A stretch of DNA of 64,000 bases. Source: Octopus bimaculoides (lineage: Eukaryota). The notes below the pieces were generated by a model. That model was not told the origin of the DNA and ran no database searches. It saw only the letters and a program-made list of their open reading frames with translations. This document shows positions 39,716-52,699 of the stretch, piece after piece; the stretch's first letter is position 1; the number at the start of each line of letters is the position of its first letter. Position numbers and translations under genes: made by a program. Location of the stretch: the NCBI RefSeq assembly GCF_001194135.2, contig NC_068984.1:139216653-139280652 (forward strand), given 5' to 3'.

Positions 39716-40409
39716 CACATCTATGTAGTTATTAAACCAATTGCCTTTGAGAGCTCTCAATCTACTATGAACTCTGCTACTTTAAATCATAAAATGCGCA
39801 CTGCAGTACAGACGTCTACATGAGGCATTGTAGTCAGTGCACTGTCATAATTAATATTTAATTGCTGCAATATATCGATTTATCTGAGAACTCAATTTTT
39901 GCACTAGACCCCGGAGCTTGTCTACATTGCCTGACGAGGTAGCAAACTGAGAATCGTCAGAGCGTCGGATACAGTTATTTGTGATAATCGTTTCCCCTCT
40001 TTAAGTTCTACTTTCAAATTTTTTTGGTGTCTCCGTACGCATTGCATTCTTTCAGGATCATTAACTATAGTACCGGTTCACTGCTGGTACACATTCTCTC
40101 TGTTCTCCTCTCTTTCTCTCAGAATTTTACTTGTAAATTCAAAGACCCAAAGTAATCGTTTTGTGTCACCTTAAATCATCCGGTGAAATACTCGTCTGGA
40201 TAATTGTTAATTGACTAAAAGCCCCTGTTGACAGAATAAAAGGATACCCGTCGTCGTGACCGACGGAGAACTCACTGTTTTATCTCAGCTTCACTTAGGA
40301 TCATGTCTAGCAGGCACAACATGAAAGAATAGCAAAACAGAACGATGTCAATCCTTGCCACATTGATTAAGTAAGAAATGTACAGAGAAAACATAATCTA
40401 AAGTAAATA

Positions 40410-40462
40410 GGTAATTAGTTATGCTAAAAGCCTAATCAGGTAATTAGTTATGCTAAAAGCCG
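40410..40462. repeat. Direct repeat of ggtaattagttatgctaaaagcc (two copies)
   Basis: Seen directly. Confidence 0.9.
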
Positions 40463-40499
40463 AACTAATTATGTCGATGAAATTCATACTTTCTTTTAT

Positions 40500-41005
<506 letters not shown>

Positions 41006-41854
41006 GCCTATTGACAGTCTAAGATATTTCGGCGCTGCACAGATTCTTTCGTGGAATTCATATAAAAATAGTTCCGAAAATCAGAGGCGAAGGTAACAGA
41101 TTTATGTCTAATTAGATTTATGTGAAACTTCGTAATAAGTTACTTATATCAGATCTATTCGGTCGTTAATTATTTTGTTTGTTGAAATGAAACTCATCAG
41201 ACTAATTTGGCGATCTATGCAGGTTTTCTTGGTGGCAAACGATTTTTTGTACAATATTGGATTGCAATGAGTGAAGCCTTTTTCACTTTGCTCTCGTTTT
41301 TAGTGCTCTAAGGAAAGATATGGACTACATAACACATTTGTCTTTCATAAGTAAAGACATGTGCTTACTTTGGGCTGTCAAATAAACTCTTTCGTTTTTT
41401 TTTTCTATTCAGTACTCCGTCGCCATATGTCTATAAAGAGATGGCACATCGGACACATGTCTTCTGAATAATTCCCTACCAACACCTGAAGTCGATATGT
41501 TCAAGCAACAACCTTCAAGGGGATGCTCCAGCATTGCTGCAGTCCAATGATTGAAATAGATTTCGGTTGAGCGAGCGAAGATGTTGATAGGGAATTGGCC
41601 AGATTTCTAACTGCCTATATATATATATACAGGTATGTGTGTGTGTGTGTGTAAATTTTATTTGATTTTTCCAGAAGAAACGGCAATATTTCCAACTGCC
41701 TCTTTTGTCTCAATAAATATGTGTGTGAATGCGTGTGTTTGTGTGTGTGTATGTGTGTGCGAGTGCGTGGGTATTTGTGTCTGCATGTGTATAAACACAC
41801 ACACGCACACACACAAAGACACACACACATATATATATATACATGTATGTACAG

Positions 41855-42095
41855 GCGCGTGGCTTAGTGGATAGACATTTCGGTTCACAGTCCTAAGGTC
41901 GGGAGTTCGACTTCCGGCGGCCCGTTGTGCCTTTGAGCAAAACACATTATTTCACGTTTCTCCAGTCCACTCAGCTGGCAAAATTAGTAGTGCCTGTATT
42001 TCAAAGGGCCGACATTGTCACATCCCGTGTCTCACTGAATCTCCCTGAGATGCTCTGTTGATCAGGTCAGCTGCAAACTTCATCGTCGTAGCCGA
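41855..42095 (+). mobile_element. SINE family C, internally deleted
   Basis: ggcgcgtggcttagtggataga...ggagttcgacttcc...ctccagtccactcagctggcaaaa...tttcaaagggcc. Confidence 0.85.
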
Positions 42096-42268
42096 TATAT
42101 ATATNNNNNNNNNNNNNNNNNNNNNNNNNNNNNNNNNNNNNNNNNNNNNNNNNNNNNNNNNNNNNNNNNNNNNNNNNNNNNNNNNNNNNNNNNNNNNNNN
42201 NNNNNNNNNNNNNNNNNNNNNNNNNNNNNNNNNNNNNNNNNNNNNNNNNNNNNNNNNNNNNNNNNNNN

Positions 42269-42305
<37 letters not shown>

Positions 42306-44258
42306 GTGTGTGTGTGCGTGTGTGTGCGTCTGTGTGTGTGTGTGTGAGTATTATTTTAATAGGTCCCCTTTGTCGGATTTGGTTCTGACATAATGTCATT
42401 TAACTCTGGCTTAGCGCAAGTTAATTTTCAGAGAGAGGAAATCCTTTTTCCGTATCTGAGTGACGATCACTTTCCTAAACATATAATTCAAAGTCCAGTA
42501 ATGAGTGTTGCATATTCCGTTCAGTGTTATCATTAACTCGCACAGAGAAACACTCAGACACATGTACATATATATATGTAATTAAACTGGAGACTTTGCA
42601 AAATAATAGTTTTCGACACGTCTCATCTACAAAAATGGTCAAGTGGTGACAAAATAGCCCGAGGGTGAATAATAAAATATTTATGGTTAACAAATACCAT
42701 GCCCTGAGTCATAATCTTAGGTGATAAAATTGGAAATAGGCTGCGATGTGGAAAATATATTACGCGGACCACATGTAAAATATAATTACCTATTCGTAAG
42801 ATACGTCAACTGGTCATGTGTTTCAAATAGCCAAATATCCTGCTAGCCAAAGCCAAAGATATAATTTCGTTACAACCTGTACATATATATATATATATAT
42901 ANNNNNNNNNNNNNNNNNNNNNNNNNNNNNNNNNNNNNNNNNNNNNNNNNNNNNNNNNNNNNNNNNNNNNNNNNNNNNNNNNNNNNNNNNNNNNNNNNNN
43001 NNNNNNNNNNNNNNNNNNNNNNNNNNNNNNNNNNNNNNNNNNNNNNNNNNNNNNNNNNNNNNNNNNNNNNNNNNNNNNNNNNNNNNNNNNNNNNNNNNNN
43101 NNNNNNNNNNNNNNNNNNNNNNNNNNNNNNNNNNNNNNNNNNNNNNNNNNNNNNNNNNNNNNNNNNNNNNNNNNNNNNNNNNNNNNNNNNNNNNNNNNNN
43201 NNNNNNNNNNNNNNNNNNNNNNNNNNNNNNNNNNNNNNNNNNNNNNNNNNNNNNNNNNNNNNNNNNNNNNNNNNNNNNNNNNNNNNNNNNNNNNNNNNNN
43301 NNNNNNNNNNNNNNNNNNNNNNNNNNNNNNNNNNNNNNNNNNNNNNNNNNNNNNNNNNNNNNNNNNNNNNNNNNNNNNNNNNNNNNNNNNNNNNNNNNNN
43401 NNNNNNNNNNNNNNNNNNNNNNNNNNNNNNNNNNNNNNNNNNNNNNNNNNNNNNNNNNNNNNNNNNNNNNNNNNNNNNNNNNNNNNNNNNNNNNNNNNNN
43501 NNNNNNNNNNNNNNNNNNNNNNNNNNNNNNNNNNNNNNNNNNNNNCATATTTATATATATACATACATATACATAGATATATATGTGTACATACATATTT
43601 ATATATATACATACATATATGTATGTACATACATATATATATATATGTATTTATGTATAAATACATATATATATGTGTGTATATTTATCTATATATATTT
43701 ACGTATATATATATATATATATACATATATGTGCATATATGAATGTATATGTACATATATGTAAGCAAGTTAGGCAAATCGATTTACACAGAATATTAGA
43801 GACGTTTAATATCAAATATGTACATATGCATGGATATAAAATAGTTCGACTTCCACAGAATAATTGAATCAGGTGTTAAACGTATTTAATAATCTATGTA
43901 AATCGACTCGCCTAGCGTGCTTTTCAGTACATTTACTCGGCTACCTATTCAAGTGCAACTCTTTTGGCCACTTCGAAGTGGATTCTACATAGGGAACACC
44001 TGTCTGTAACCTATAAATTATGTATACACACACACGCACACACACACACCATACATATATATACATACAGTGTATGATGTGTAATGTATTATATACAGAA
44101 ATATACATACGCACTCACGCAAACACACATAAGTGGAGGTATATGCATATGAACTATGCTTCTCCTTAATTTTTACATTCTTTTACATATAGCACTAGCT
44201 TTTATTAATAAATGTCGCAAAGAACCACACCACCCTAATAATAATATTTGGTTGATTA

Positions 44259-44472
44259 AAGGCGGCGAGCTGGCAGAAACGTTAGCACGCCGGGCGAAAT
44301 GCTTAGCAGTATTTCGTCTGTCTTTATGTTCTGAGTTCAAATTACGCCGAGGTCGACTTTGCCTTTCATCCTTTCGGGGTAGAGGAATTAAGTACCAGTT
44401 GTGTACTGAGGACAATCTGATCGACTGGCCTCCTCCACCCAAATTTCTGGCCTTGTGCCTAGAGTAGAAAAG
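44259..44472 (+). mobile_element. SINE family A, full length with TSD (tail variant ii)
   Basis: Complete body ending ggccttgtgcctagagtagaaaag. ~16-bp TSD aatatttggttgatta / aatatttgtttgatca. Confidence 0.92.
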
Positions 44473-44939
44473 AATATTTGTTTGATCATTCCATACGGTA
44501 AACAAGTAACAATTAACCTTCCCTTCCTATTTCGTCAAACTATGGAAAGGAACTTCCCTATTAAATCAAGGTACCTCTCAATTTTCAACACACACCGTAT
44601 CAGACTAAGCTTTTCCAACGCCTACAATATTTCACAAACTATAGCATCACATAACAGTCGTGTTCCCAAAAGTTTACAATGTCTCTCTTAATAACCATAG
44701 CAATTTTAATTACATTAACAATAATATTAACGATAATCTCTCCTTACATCATAATATCAATGAAACTAAGCCTTACAATTGTGGCCCTAATAAAACTTGT
44801 ATTCTAAATGGAAACTGCTGAATTAAAATGTCATGTACGAATGCAAGATTACCTCAAGTAACAAGTAATATATTTATATAGGATTATCCTCTACCGAACT
44901 GATATCTAGACCGGCTAATCATTTCTCTACCTTCAAATA

Positions 44940-45478
44940 TTAGGTTGTCAAGAAAGTTCTTGTGGTTTTTAACCTTTAAAAACAGAAGCACCATATCTCG
45001 GCTCAAACGAAACTTTATTAATCGAAATAAACACGCTCAAAATCAACAAACTTTTGCCAACGCGAAACAAGTTTATTGATGCCAGTAGCGTAAAAATCCT
45101 GCTTTCTGGTGGCGATGAAGTAGTTGAAGTCGCGATTGGCATCGTCTTGGTTTTTTGAAGCATTTCTCACGAAGGAATTTGCCGAGATGCTTGAAGAAGT
45201 GGTAGTCGGTAGGCGAGAGATCTGGTGAGTATGTCGGATGAGGCAGAGTTTCGTAGCCCAATTCTTTCAACTTCTGCCTGGTCAGTTGTGCGACGTGCGG
45301 CCGAGAGTTGTCATGGAGAAGAATTGATCCTTTTCTATTGACCCATGCTGGTTGTTGCTGTCGGGAGTTTTTTATGCATTTCGTCCAATTGCTGACAGTA
45401 CTTCTCCACCGTAATGGTTTCGTCTGGATCCAAAAAGCTGCGATGGATGAGACCGGCCGCAGACCACTCCCTCCTCAC
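44940..45478 (-). mobile_element. Mariner (DD34D, Hsmar1/cecropia-like) 3' half with TIR
   Basis: WSAAGLIH..DETITVEKYCQQLDEM..VNRKGSILLHDNSRPHVAQLTRQKLKELGYETLPHPTYSPDLSPTDYHFFKHL..YATGINKLVSRWQK. TIR ta|ttaggttgtcaagaaagttc at 44938. Confidence 0.93.
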
Positions 45479-46859
45479 ACAAAAATAAAACTTATATCGA
45501 CGCCAAAATTTGCAAATCTATTTTTATTTTGAAATCTGGGATTATTATATCCAGTGAATTTAAGATGTAGGAAAAAGATATTTTTGTTTTAATATTGACA
45601 CAAGAATGCCTTAATATTATACTTTCACTTCGTTTCACACACATACAAAAACTCTAACGTGTCTTTTTTAGATGAATTATCATTCGTTATCGTTCGTAAC
45701 TTCTATAACCTCTGCATTTTCACTTATTCATGAAAAACCAATGAAATGGTTTTCATTTACTTCTCGGGCGCCTATAAATTGCTAAGAAACCACACTGCTC
45801 AAATCCTGTGTGAAAACTTAGAATGATGCTAACGGCAGAAGCGTTCGGCTCATAAGTCTGTTTGGTGAGGTGGAACGTAGGACTACACGTCGATAATCAG
45901 ATTTTATAAATTAAGAGGTGAGCATAGTTTATACATCAGCCTAGATACTGCTTTCTACTCCACATAGTTTTATGTTTCGCAATTAATTCCCAAGTGTTTA
46001 CTATGTAAAACATAAATAAAACGCAAGGAGACACCGACCCAATTCTGACATAACAGGAAAAATACAGAAAAGAATAAATGAAAATGCACAGAATTCCAAA
46101 TAATCCAATCAATGTTACTCATTCAAGATTGCAGATAATTTTGCTCACTTTAAACATATCTCTACTCTTATCGACATGATTCATTCAATACAAATAGACA
46201 GTTATTTAAAAGAATCACTTATCCTTAAAACGATATTACTATTGGAAGGGAATGATATTACTAAAGACTTCATTAAATCTTAACTAAAAACAAACAGTCG
46301 CCATTTTGATGGCGTTCACTTTTTTTCCCACGTCTCATTATGCTTTTGTTTATTTGACGAGAGTATGTTTAGAAAATGTCATGGATTTTCACCGAGTAAT
46401 TTAAAGCTTTCACATGATATGAATACTGCTTAATTGAATGTCACCATTGCTTCGAATGTCCATTCCTTCCGCTTTTCGCTTTTCCTTATTTATTTTTCTT
46501 ATTTTCTCTCTTCTCTTTATATGTTTCTCATTTATGTTGCTGTATCTTCTATTTTATCATCTCTTTATGTGTGTGCGTGTCTATAAGCGTATATTAGGAA
46601 TGATTTAGCTGAAATTGCGTATGCCACTCAAACTCGTCTGTCCCGGCTTTTGTTTTCTACTTTGATTCATTTCTCAATCGCATTAGTTTTGTATCATCTG
46701 GTGAGAGTACGTGTTCGTTAGAATATATTCATATATTATTCATATATATATACATATGTATATATATTTGTGTGTGTGTGTGTGTACGGTCGAATTTAGG
46801 AAATATATGCGTATGTATGTGTATGTATATATATATATATATTCGTCATGGCTTAGCAG

Positions 46860-47150
46860 CCCTCATTGTTTTGTTTTCACTGTCCTGTTTTTGTTACCAA
46901 CTTTGACCTTCGGCAAATCCCAAATTATATTTTGGGTTGCGTGAGCAACTATTTCCTCGAAAGCAAGTCTTGACGTAATTGCTCGAAATGTGGAGTAGAT
47001 AAACAGCCGACAACTGATGAAGGGTCGTTCTTTATGTTACTTCTCTTGCTTTTTACATTTGTTTCTTTTGTTGTTCGCAAAAAAAGTTTGTATTCCATGT
47101 TTTCGTATTTCATATTTCATGGTGTTTACGTTTTTTACGTCCTGTACCCA
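46860..47150. repeat. Unclassified repeat-like segment between (TA)/(TG) tracts
   Basis: Compositionally distinct island bounded by microsatellites. Only one copy in the window, so repeat status is inferred. Confidence 0.3.
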
Positions 47151-47302
47151 TATATGCATATGTATATACATATATATGTAAGTATGTACATGCATGCATG
47201 TATAGATGCATACATATATATTATTTATATTATTGTATGATCGAACTCCACGCATCCATTTCCAAGAATATGTATATATATTCACGTACATGTATACATA
47301 CA

Positions 47303-47368
<66 letters not shown>

Positions 47369-47539
47369 CATTATGTATACGCATATGTGTACGTATATAC
47401 ATATATACATATGCATACATGTACACACACACACACATATGTGTGTGTGTATGCATGTATGTATATATATCTTTATACTTCAATTTTTCTGAGATTAATG
47501 AAGATGAATAAAATACGATGAGTACACAGGTACATTTGG

Positions 47540-47665
47540 AGATACGTGGCCTAGTGATTAGAGAAGCGGATTCGCGGTCGAGGATCGCGAGTTCGAATCT
47601 CTGACCGGGCGGCGTGTGTGTTTTTGAGCGAAATATCTGAGCTCGGCGCGGCTTCAGCAGAAGGT
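47540..47665 (+). mobile_element. tRNA-derived SINE head (related to family C)
   Basis: tggcctagtgattag (A box) and gagttcgaatctc (B box). No paired acceptor stem. Confidence 0.6.
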
Positions 47666-47761
47666 AATGCCGAGCAGGTCTAATAATTATACTCCTACTA
47701 CTACAGTAATCCACTTTTCTCAACACATGAAATATGTGTGTACCTATGGGTATGTTTGTTC

Positions 47762-47793
<32 letters not shown>

Positions 47794-48148
47794 TTGTGGG
47801 TATGTGTGTGTGTATATATATACACCACACCAACATATATGTATGTATGTATATCTATCTATCTATATATATATATATANNNNNNNNNNNNNNNNNNNNN
47901 NNNNNNNNNNNNNNNNNNNNNNNNNNNNNNNNNNNNNNNNNNNNNNNNNNNNNNNNNNNNNNNNNNNNNNNNNNNNNNNNNNNNNNNNNNNNNNNNNNNN
48001 NNNNNNNNNNNNNNNNNNNNNNNNNNNNNNATATATATATATATATATATATTTCGTATGTGTATTTGGTGTGCATTTATTACCGGCATAATGCCTCTCC
48101 CAAGGTTTAATAGTATATATATACTTTATTTAAGAGCAGTAGAAATAT

Positions 48149-48202
48149 AACAAAAGACTGTAACTCGGAGTTTCACGTTCCCGTTCATCGGACAGTTTTG
48201 TT
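48149..48202 (-). ncRNA. Candidate minimal type-I hammerhead ribozyme (U4C core variant)
   Basis: Minus RNA reads AACAAAACUGU-CCGAUGA-ACG(GGAA)CGU-GAAA-CUC(C)GAG-U-U/ACAGU-C-UUUUGUU. Stem I is 5 bp plus an extension, stem II is 3 bp with a GNRA loop, stem III is ACUC/GAGU. Predicted GUU cleavage between 48162 and 48161. Confidence 0.65.
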
Positions 48203-48203
48203 A

Positions 48204-48256
48204 GAAAAACGGTCCGATGAACAGGATCGTGAAACTCCGAGTAACAGTCTTTTGTT
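48204..48256 (+). ncRNA. Second, inverted hammerhead copy (partly decayed)
   Basis: ACGGU-CCGAUGA-ACA(GGAU)CGU-GAAA-CUC(C)GAG-U-A/ACAGU. GUA site between 48243 and 48244; one mismatch each in stems I and II. Confidence 0.5.
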
Positions 48257-48469
48257 ATATTTCTGCTGCTTTTAAATAAAGCATATTACTCTACCTCTGG
48301 TATTTGAGTACTCTTTTTTCCACCTTGTTGCGCATTTATGTGCTTACTCCGGTATATATATACATGTCCTCCACATTTATATACCTATTCGTTCCTACAT
48401 ATCTACAATAATCTGAAGATAGATTGATCATTTAAATCCCACTATTATTTCTCTTTTGATAATTTGTTG

Positions 48470-48660
48470 ACAACCGCTTGTCAACCGCTATTGGTTTGTT
48501 TCCGGCCCCTTAAGTTAGGTGTTCGGCAAAAGATACCGATAGGAATAAGTACCTGACTTAAAGAAGGGTAAGTACTGGAGTCGCTTATTTCGACTGAAAT
48601 TATTGAAGGTGGTGGCCCACCATGGCTACAGACCAATAACTGAAACAATTAAAATAGTAA
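48470..48660 (+). mobile_element. SINE family B 3' half
   Basis: ccgcttgtcaaccgct...gttcggcaaaagataccgataggaataagtacc...cccaccatggctacagacc. Confidence 0.7.
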
Positions 48661-48679
48661 AAATATGCACACGCACGTA

Positions 48680-49060
48680 CAAACACACACACAAACGCAC
48701 ACATAGGCGCACAGACAAACACGTACACAAATACGCACACACACACACACACACAGGCGCCCACACATGCACAAACACACACAAACACACACGCTCACAT
48801 GCTCACACAACCACATACACATGCATGCATGCACACACACAATCACATATACACACACTCACACACACGCACTGATACAGAAACACGCGCGAACACATAC
48901 ATATACCCGCGCAAAAACTCACACACACATACACATACAGTCACACACAAACACACGCACACTCACACAAACGCACACCCATGCACAAATATGCACACTC
49001 ACGCACACGCACACACGCACATACACACATACATACACACACACACATATATATAAATAT
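48680..49060. repeat. Long degenerate (CA)n tract
   Basis: Seen directly. Confidence 0.9.
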
Positions 49061-49329
49061 ATACATTATCAGAACTGTATATGTATACATGTATGAGAGT
49101 GCATGTATATAAGTGTGTGCGTGTAGCTATGTCATTATCGGGACAGGTCAAGCGTAGCAAGGCATGTGAAAAATTGATTTGATGCTATCGATTGCTGAGT
49201 ATTTGACATTAGGCATCATTTCCTGAACAATTATATGCACTCCAACCCCTCGGTGGAAATAGAAAAACAATTCACCAACGAGAAAAGATAAATACAATCA
49301 TAATTCTATAATTGTGAAACTAACATACA

Positions 49330-49576
49330 GAATCACAACTATGACCACCACCAACAACAACAACAATAAGAGCAACAACAACTACAACAACTATAATGTC
49401 AATACGTCTCCTTCTCCATAATTATCTTGTTTTCTTCTTCTTCTTCTTCTTCTTCTTCTTCTTCTTCTTCTTCTTCTTCTTCTTCTTCATCTTCTTCCCC
49501 ATGCTTATCAACATCCTCGTCTACTACTACTACTACTACTACTNNNNNNNNNNTACTACTACTACTACTACTACTA

Positions 49577-49635
<59 letters not shown>

Positions 49636-49648
49636 TATTATTATTATT
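49330..49648. repeat. Compound (CAA)/(TCT)/(ACT)/(ATT) microsatellite
   Basis: Seen directly. Confidence 0.95.
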
Positions 49649-50340
49649 TCTCTTTATCCACAGGAGCTCCTGGAGTCTTGCATTCATAGCGGGCTTACTA
49701 CCTGCAGCCTCTGGTACCATGCTATTCGTTCTTTTCAACTATCTAATTCTCTCCTGATTATTCTGGCTGTGCCAAGGAGGCAAACCTTTTGTAACAGTTC
49801 TACTAAGCAATCTATTCCAATTTCCTTTATATTCCCCTTAATGCCTTCTTATACTGTCCCCAAGGACCCACCAATAATTGGCACTATCTTCACCTTCTTC
49901 ATTTTCCATAGCCGGGCTATTTCGTACTTAAAAGGGTTGTATTTATCTATCTTTTCGCCTTCCTTCTTGACTATTCGTGGGTCAATGGGGCATGCAACAT
50001 CAACTATATAGCATATGTGGTGCTTCTTGTCCACCACCACTAATTCCGGTCTGTTATGCTCTAGCACCTGATCTGTTTAGATTTGGAAATCCCAGAGGAT
50101 TTTGCTAATCTCCGACACTGCCACATTTGCAGTTTGTGCTCATACCACCTCTTACCTCTCTCTAGCCCTCTCTACTCACAGAGTTTCCAATGTAGCACTT
50201 TCGCTACCTGGTCGTGTCGCCACAATTTGTAGTGGTTTGGGGCACGTTTAGAGCATTTGTTCGTGATATGGTCAATGGTTTCATTTATTCTATTGCAATA
50301 AGGTGGCAAAAGCCAGTATAGTGGTCTTGGTCTCATTTTT
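49649..50340 (-). mobile_element. R4/Dong-like non-LTR retrotransposon, 5'-truncated (family 1)
   Basis: Minus strand reads CNRINETIDHITNKC..Y..RHDQVAKVLHWKLC (zinc-knuckle remnant), ILWDFQI*TDQVLEHNRPELVVVDKK..CYIVDVACP (REL), KEGEKIDKY and LLQKVCLLGTARIIRRELDS* (stop 49735-37). An ~85-bp 3' UTR runs into (TAA)n. Confidence 0.9.
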
Positions 50341-50342
50341 AC

Positions 50343-50343
<1 letters not shown>

Positions 50344-50387
<44 letters not shown>

Positions 50388-50403
50388 GTTATTGTTATTG
50401 TTA

Positions 50404-50500
<97 letters not shown>
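50344..50500. repeat. (ATT)n switching to (AAT)n
   Basis: Seen directly; the two halves are self-complementary. Confidence 0.95.
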
Positions 50501-50501
<1 letters not shown>

Positions 50502-50659
50502 GACTTCCGTGAAGTTCTTAATTACCGGTTGTTCTTTACTTGACAGCAGGCAATAACAAATCACCAAAGGTTTCAAGTAGTGACTTCTGCTGTGACTCAA
50601 AAAGACAATACTCTCCTTAGAATGCGGGCTGTACCTAACACTGCTGCCATCTTGACGTT

Positions 50660-50960
50660 GGCAGAATTTGGACTCAGAACGTAGCGGTAGATGAAATACC
50701 GCTAAGCATTTCACCCGGCATGCTAACGTTTCTTATTTCTTTACTGACCACAAGGGGCTACACACAGAGGGGACAAACAAGGACAGACAAACAGATTAAG
50801 TCGATTATATCGACAAACAGATTAGGTCGATTATAATGTCCCTGATAGGGTGAAAGACAGAATCAACGTCGGTGAAATTTGAACTCAGAATGTAGCTGTA
50901 GACGAAACACTGCTAAGCATTTCGTCCGGCGTGCTAACGTTTCTGCCATCTCGCCGCTTT
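50660..50960 (-). mobile_element. Two adjacent SINE A copies (the second with tail variant i)
   Basis: Repeated gctaagcatttc...gctaacgtttc; ttatttcttta...gaggggacaaacaaggacagacaaa tail. Confidence 0.85.
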
Positions 50961-52244
50961 AAGAGGGTGTAGTTTATTCTACACCAGTTTAAGTCAGTAT
51001 TGGTCTACTTCTATTTAATAGAGGCCCCCTATTGGATTAACTGATTTCACTATACCCCTAAGCACAACGAAAATATTTTAAATAGGCTAAACTAAACACA
51101 CACACACTTATATGGAGTGGAATAGAAAGATATATATATGTGGGACAAGTTTGCAATTAATATATTTTCCGTTTAATTTCTGTTTGTCACTCATTGAAAT
51201 GAATTCTAATTGCATCTAGAAGTGCTGTCAACCCACATAAACAATACTGGAATCACAGAGAATCACGATTACAATGTTTATCATTTTTACTCCACAATAG
51301 ATTTACATGGCTTCTAGTCAATATTTTTGAATTAAAACGCATCTTTAAATAAAAAAAAAATTAAAGGGTACCGAAAGGTATTTTCATAGTTCTTCAAAGT
51401 TTCTCAATGTCGCTAAATTCTCCTCTGGCACAGGAAGACAATGTTGATAGTTGTCAAATAAAATATACCAAATTTTTATTTCTTATACTGCATCAATAAA
51501 TTTGCATAGCATATATTCTGATTCTACTCGCCCTCACATGTACGCACGCATGCGCAACAACGCAGTCAGGCACTTTTTGATTCACTTACACATGTAGATG
51601 TATACTTACATACGTACGCGATATAAATATACATACATACATACATACATGCATACATACATACATACATACATATACATATATATATATTACGAAATTC
51701 TTGCAATTTATAGTTTATGGTACTCCTTCTTATTAGGAATTTTCAGCACGATATAATACGTAACTTATTAACTATATATATTAAAAAGTGAGACATGTTA
51801 TTGAAATCAGAGATTTGATTAATTACTGTTTGAATGAAATTCATAGTATGTGTTTCTTTTTCCTTCACTGAACATTGTGAATTTAGGAATCAAATGAAAG
51901 GGACAACATTCTTAATATTTATATAGGGATTTTTCAAGGGAATTCTATGGCGTGAAAATTTATTGATGCAACCAATAATTTCAACAACTACATCCAATTT
52001 GAGAAAACGTTTTTCGATAAATTTGTGTTTTAATTAGTATCCGACAAGGAAAATTTATTTCTTAGTGGTGGCGGTTTTCAAGCTTATATTGCAAAATATA
52101 AAATATGGCTTAAATATATATAAAGCTTTTGGACTTATATAACATTAGTGAAAAAGTAAAAGAGAAAACTAATAATAATTGGCTTTGGATAAATTTAATA
52201 TTTAAATTCCTTAGTTTAAAGAGAAGCAATATCTATTCTTTTCT

Positions 52245-52650
52245 GCTCTAGGCACAAGGCTCGAAATTTAGCTGGAGGGGGCCAGTGGATTAGATCGATC
52301 CCACTATGCAACGGGTACTTAATTTATCGACCCCGAAAGGATGAAAGGCAAAGTCGACCTCGGTGGAATTTGAACTCAGAACGTAAAGACACGAAATGCT
52401 GCTAAGCATTTCTGTTAACGTTTCTGCCAGATCGCCGTCGTCAGATGCAATATATAATGGTTTGAAATTTTGTGGGAGGGACTAAGTCGATTAAATCGAT
52501 CCCAGTGCTCAACTGGTGCTACTTTTATCGACCCCGAAAGGATGGATGGCAAAGTCGAGCTTGACAGAATGTTGACTCAGAACATAAGGATGAACGAAAT
52601 TCCGCTAAGTATTTTACTCGGCTTGCTAAAGATTCTCATATCTCTCCGCC
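52245..52650 (-). mobile_element. Two tandem SINE A copies (52245-52440, 52460-52650)
   Basis: Both contain atcgaccccgaaaggatg(a/g)a(a/t)ggcaaagtcga. Confidence 0.88.
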
Positions 52651-52699
52651 TTCGAAGTACTGACTATTCATACATAAAAATGAAGGTGAGGAGATACAA

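Larger units (their letters stand above)
48050..48355. mobile_element. Probable Penelope-like inverted pseudo-LTR pair in (TA)n
   Basis: 70-bp inverted arms at 65/70 identity (48124-48193 and 48212-48281), each carrying a hammerhead motif, with different distal tails. The left tail recurs at 55725-55790. No RT or GIY-YIG coding sequence is present. Confidence 0.5.

Noticed and set aside
39925-39970. CUGACGA followed by GAGA
   Set aside because: GAAA core is absent and there is no stem I. It is only a 7-bp hairpin (ctgacga/tcgtcag).
47540-47612. tRNA gene
   Set aside because: A and B boxes are present but there is no acceptor stem or full cloverleaf, so it is a SINE head.
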